A stretch of 64,000 bases of DNA from a virus: positions 96,001 through 160,000 of IMG/VR virus record IMGVR_UViG_3300045988_173726. One strand, 5' to 3'. Position numbers and translations under genes: made by a program. The notes beneath the pieces were generated by a model. The model saw only the letters and a program-made list of their open reading frames with translations. It was not told the origin of the DNA and ran no database searches. Positions 63,094 to 64,000 of this stretch are shown here, piece by piece. Position 1 is the first letter of the stretch, and each line of letters starts with the position of its first letter.

Positions 63094-64000
63094 ATGGCGG
63101 CGCAGTATACGGTAAATTTCAGTGTAGAGGGTGCAGACGAGCTGGATATAGCTTCGGAGCGTCTTACAGGGGAGACAGGAAGCACGGTTTATGTGCTTCT
63201 AAACGAGGAGTCGAATAATAGGCTCTATGACTACTATGCGTCCGTAAAGACGCTAATCCTAAAGGGGAACAGGGTAATCCTGTTCCTTTCGGAGGATAGG
63301 AGTAAGATAGGGACGCAGATAGCGATGCTACTGGTGTCGTATCGGCAGTACGACATTTACAGAATCGAGAAGGAGAGTTTATTAACCTCGGAATATCTTC
63401 GGGAGGTATCGGAGAGATGCCCGACATACGAAGAGGTAGAGACATTTATCAGCAGTGATATAGCGACATATGACAAGCTAAACGAGGTGTTATCAAAGCT
63501 ATCGGATTTAGCACAGGGTAATAAGCTTGAGGAACTAACAAGTGAGATAATGAGCAACATAACGGTGCTTGAGAGTACGATAAATGTTGTAGATTATCTA
63601 AAGAACCTCGCAGATTCTTCGACTATTGGCTTCAAGGAGACGGTAGAGAGGCTTGGAGCGGAGTTAAAGGACAGGGAGAGAGAGCTTGAGAGCGCGAAGC
63701 AGGAGAGGGACGCGAAGGAGTTTAGCTTAAGTCGTTTGCAGACTAAGGTAGCGGAGCAGGAAGATGAGATAGCGAAGTATAAAGAGAACTTCGAGAAGGC
63801 GTATACGAGCGAGGGTAGCGGAGTTCTAAAGTATAGCACGCTAAGTATGCGAGATATACAGACGACTACGAACGCTGTGCTGTATTTCAAGGAGATAGGG
63901 AAGCTTAGATATATCAATTCCTTTGTAATTGCGCTGATGAGCGTGTTGCAGAAGATACATAAGCTTTCTGTGAAGCTGTTAATCTATGACGACAACGCGA
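63094..64000 (+). CDS. Receiver-like N-domain plus coiled-coil protein; the ParA-like region begins at the window edge (3' partial)
   Basis: ATG at 63094 lies 8 nt after the preceding stop. The frame is open to the window end (not in the ORF track because no stop is reached). Coiled-coil ERELESAKQERDAKE...; the end reads AVLYFKEIGKLRYINSFVIALM...LLIYDD. Confidence 0.7.
   Translation, partial: MAAQYTVNFSVEGADELDIASERLTGETGSTVYVLLNEESNNRLYDYYASVKTLILKGNRVILFLSEDRSKIGTQIAMLLVSYRQYDIYRIEKESLLTSEYLREVSERCPTYEEVETFISSDIATYDKLNEVLSKLSDLAQGNKLEELTSEIMSNITVLESTINVVDYLKNLADSSTIGFKETVERLGAELKDRERELESAKQERDAKEFSLSRLQTKVAEQEDEIAKYKENFEKAYTSEGSGVLKYSTLSMRDIQTTTNAVLYFKEIGKLRYINSFVIALMSVLQKIHKLSVKLLIYDDNA

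Overview
Reading by eye only; no searches were run, and every domain call rests on visible motifs. The window is a dense gene train, almost entirely on the plus strand. Genes have strong GGAGG-type ribosome-binding sites, frequent ATGA start/stop coupling and hairpin terminators, which fits a large Firmicutes (Clostridia-like) plasmid, phage-plasmid or ICE. No rRNA, tRNA, CRISPR array or recognisable virion genes were seen.

Layout:
- 1-8.2 kb: two diverged direct copies of a TnpB-like gene. Each has lost the zinc finger and the RuvC-III aspartate, and each is followed by a conserved structured non-coding module of about 225 nt that ends in a copy-specific tail. They are embedded in a tandem array of about 11 divergent small paralogues (about 110-225 aa, mostly about 135 aa).
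- 8.2-10.8 kb: six tandem mini-proteins resembling a degenerate DUF262/ParB-like N-terminal domain, followed by a RecJ-like DHH exonuclease.
- 12.4-20 kb: a Tad/Flp-type pilus locus (CpaB-like, TadZ-like, TadA/CpaF ATPase, TadB, TadC, small pilin-like protein, two TadE/G-like proteins).
- 20.9-24.3 kb: a ParM-like actin plus a 733-aa protein with a receiver-like domain, a coiled coil and a ParA-like domain.
- 24.3-25.8 kb: an AT-rich IS607-family insertion with a decayed tnpA remnant and an intact tnpB.
- 25.9-33.6 kb: unknown genes plus a FEN-like 5'-3' exonuclease and a compact family-A DNA polymerase, preceded by a repeat-bearing AT-rich gap.
- 33.6-40.3 kb: a cluster of secreted and surface proteins, including a 1394-aa protein.
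- 40.4-47.4 kb: a GNAT, unknown genes, a strongly promoted codon-biased gene, and dnaX.
- 47.5-64 kb: an envelope cluster with three paralogous membrane proteins, an HU-like protein, a YdjM-like protein, a 985-aa lipoprotein with cell-wall-binding repeats, a 1702-aa polytopic protein, and two more ParA/TadZ-like proteins that lack the P-loop lysine.

The most interesting candidate is the nuclease-dead-looking TnpB-like gene with its omega-RNA-like module, taken together with the paralogue arrays around it.
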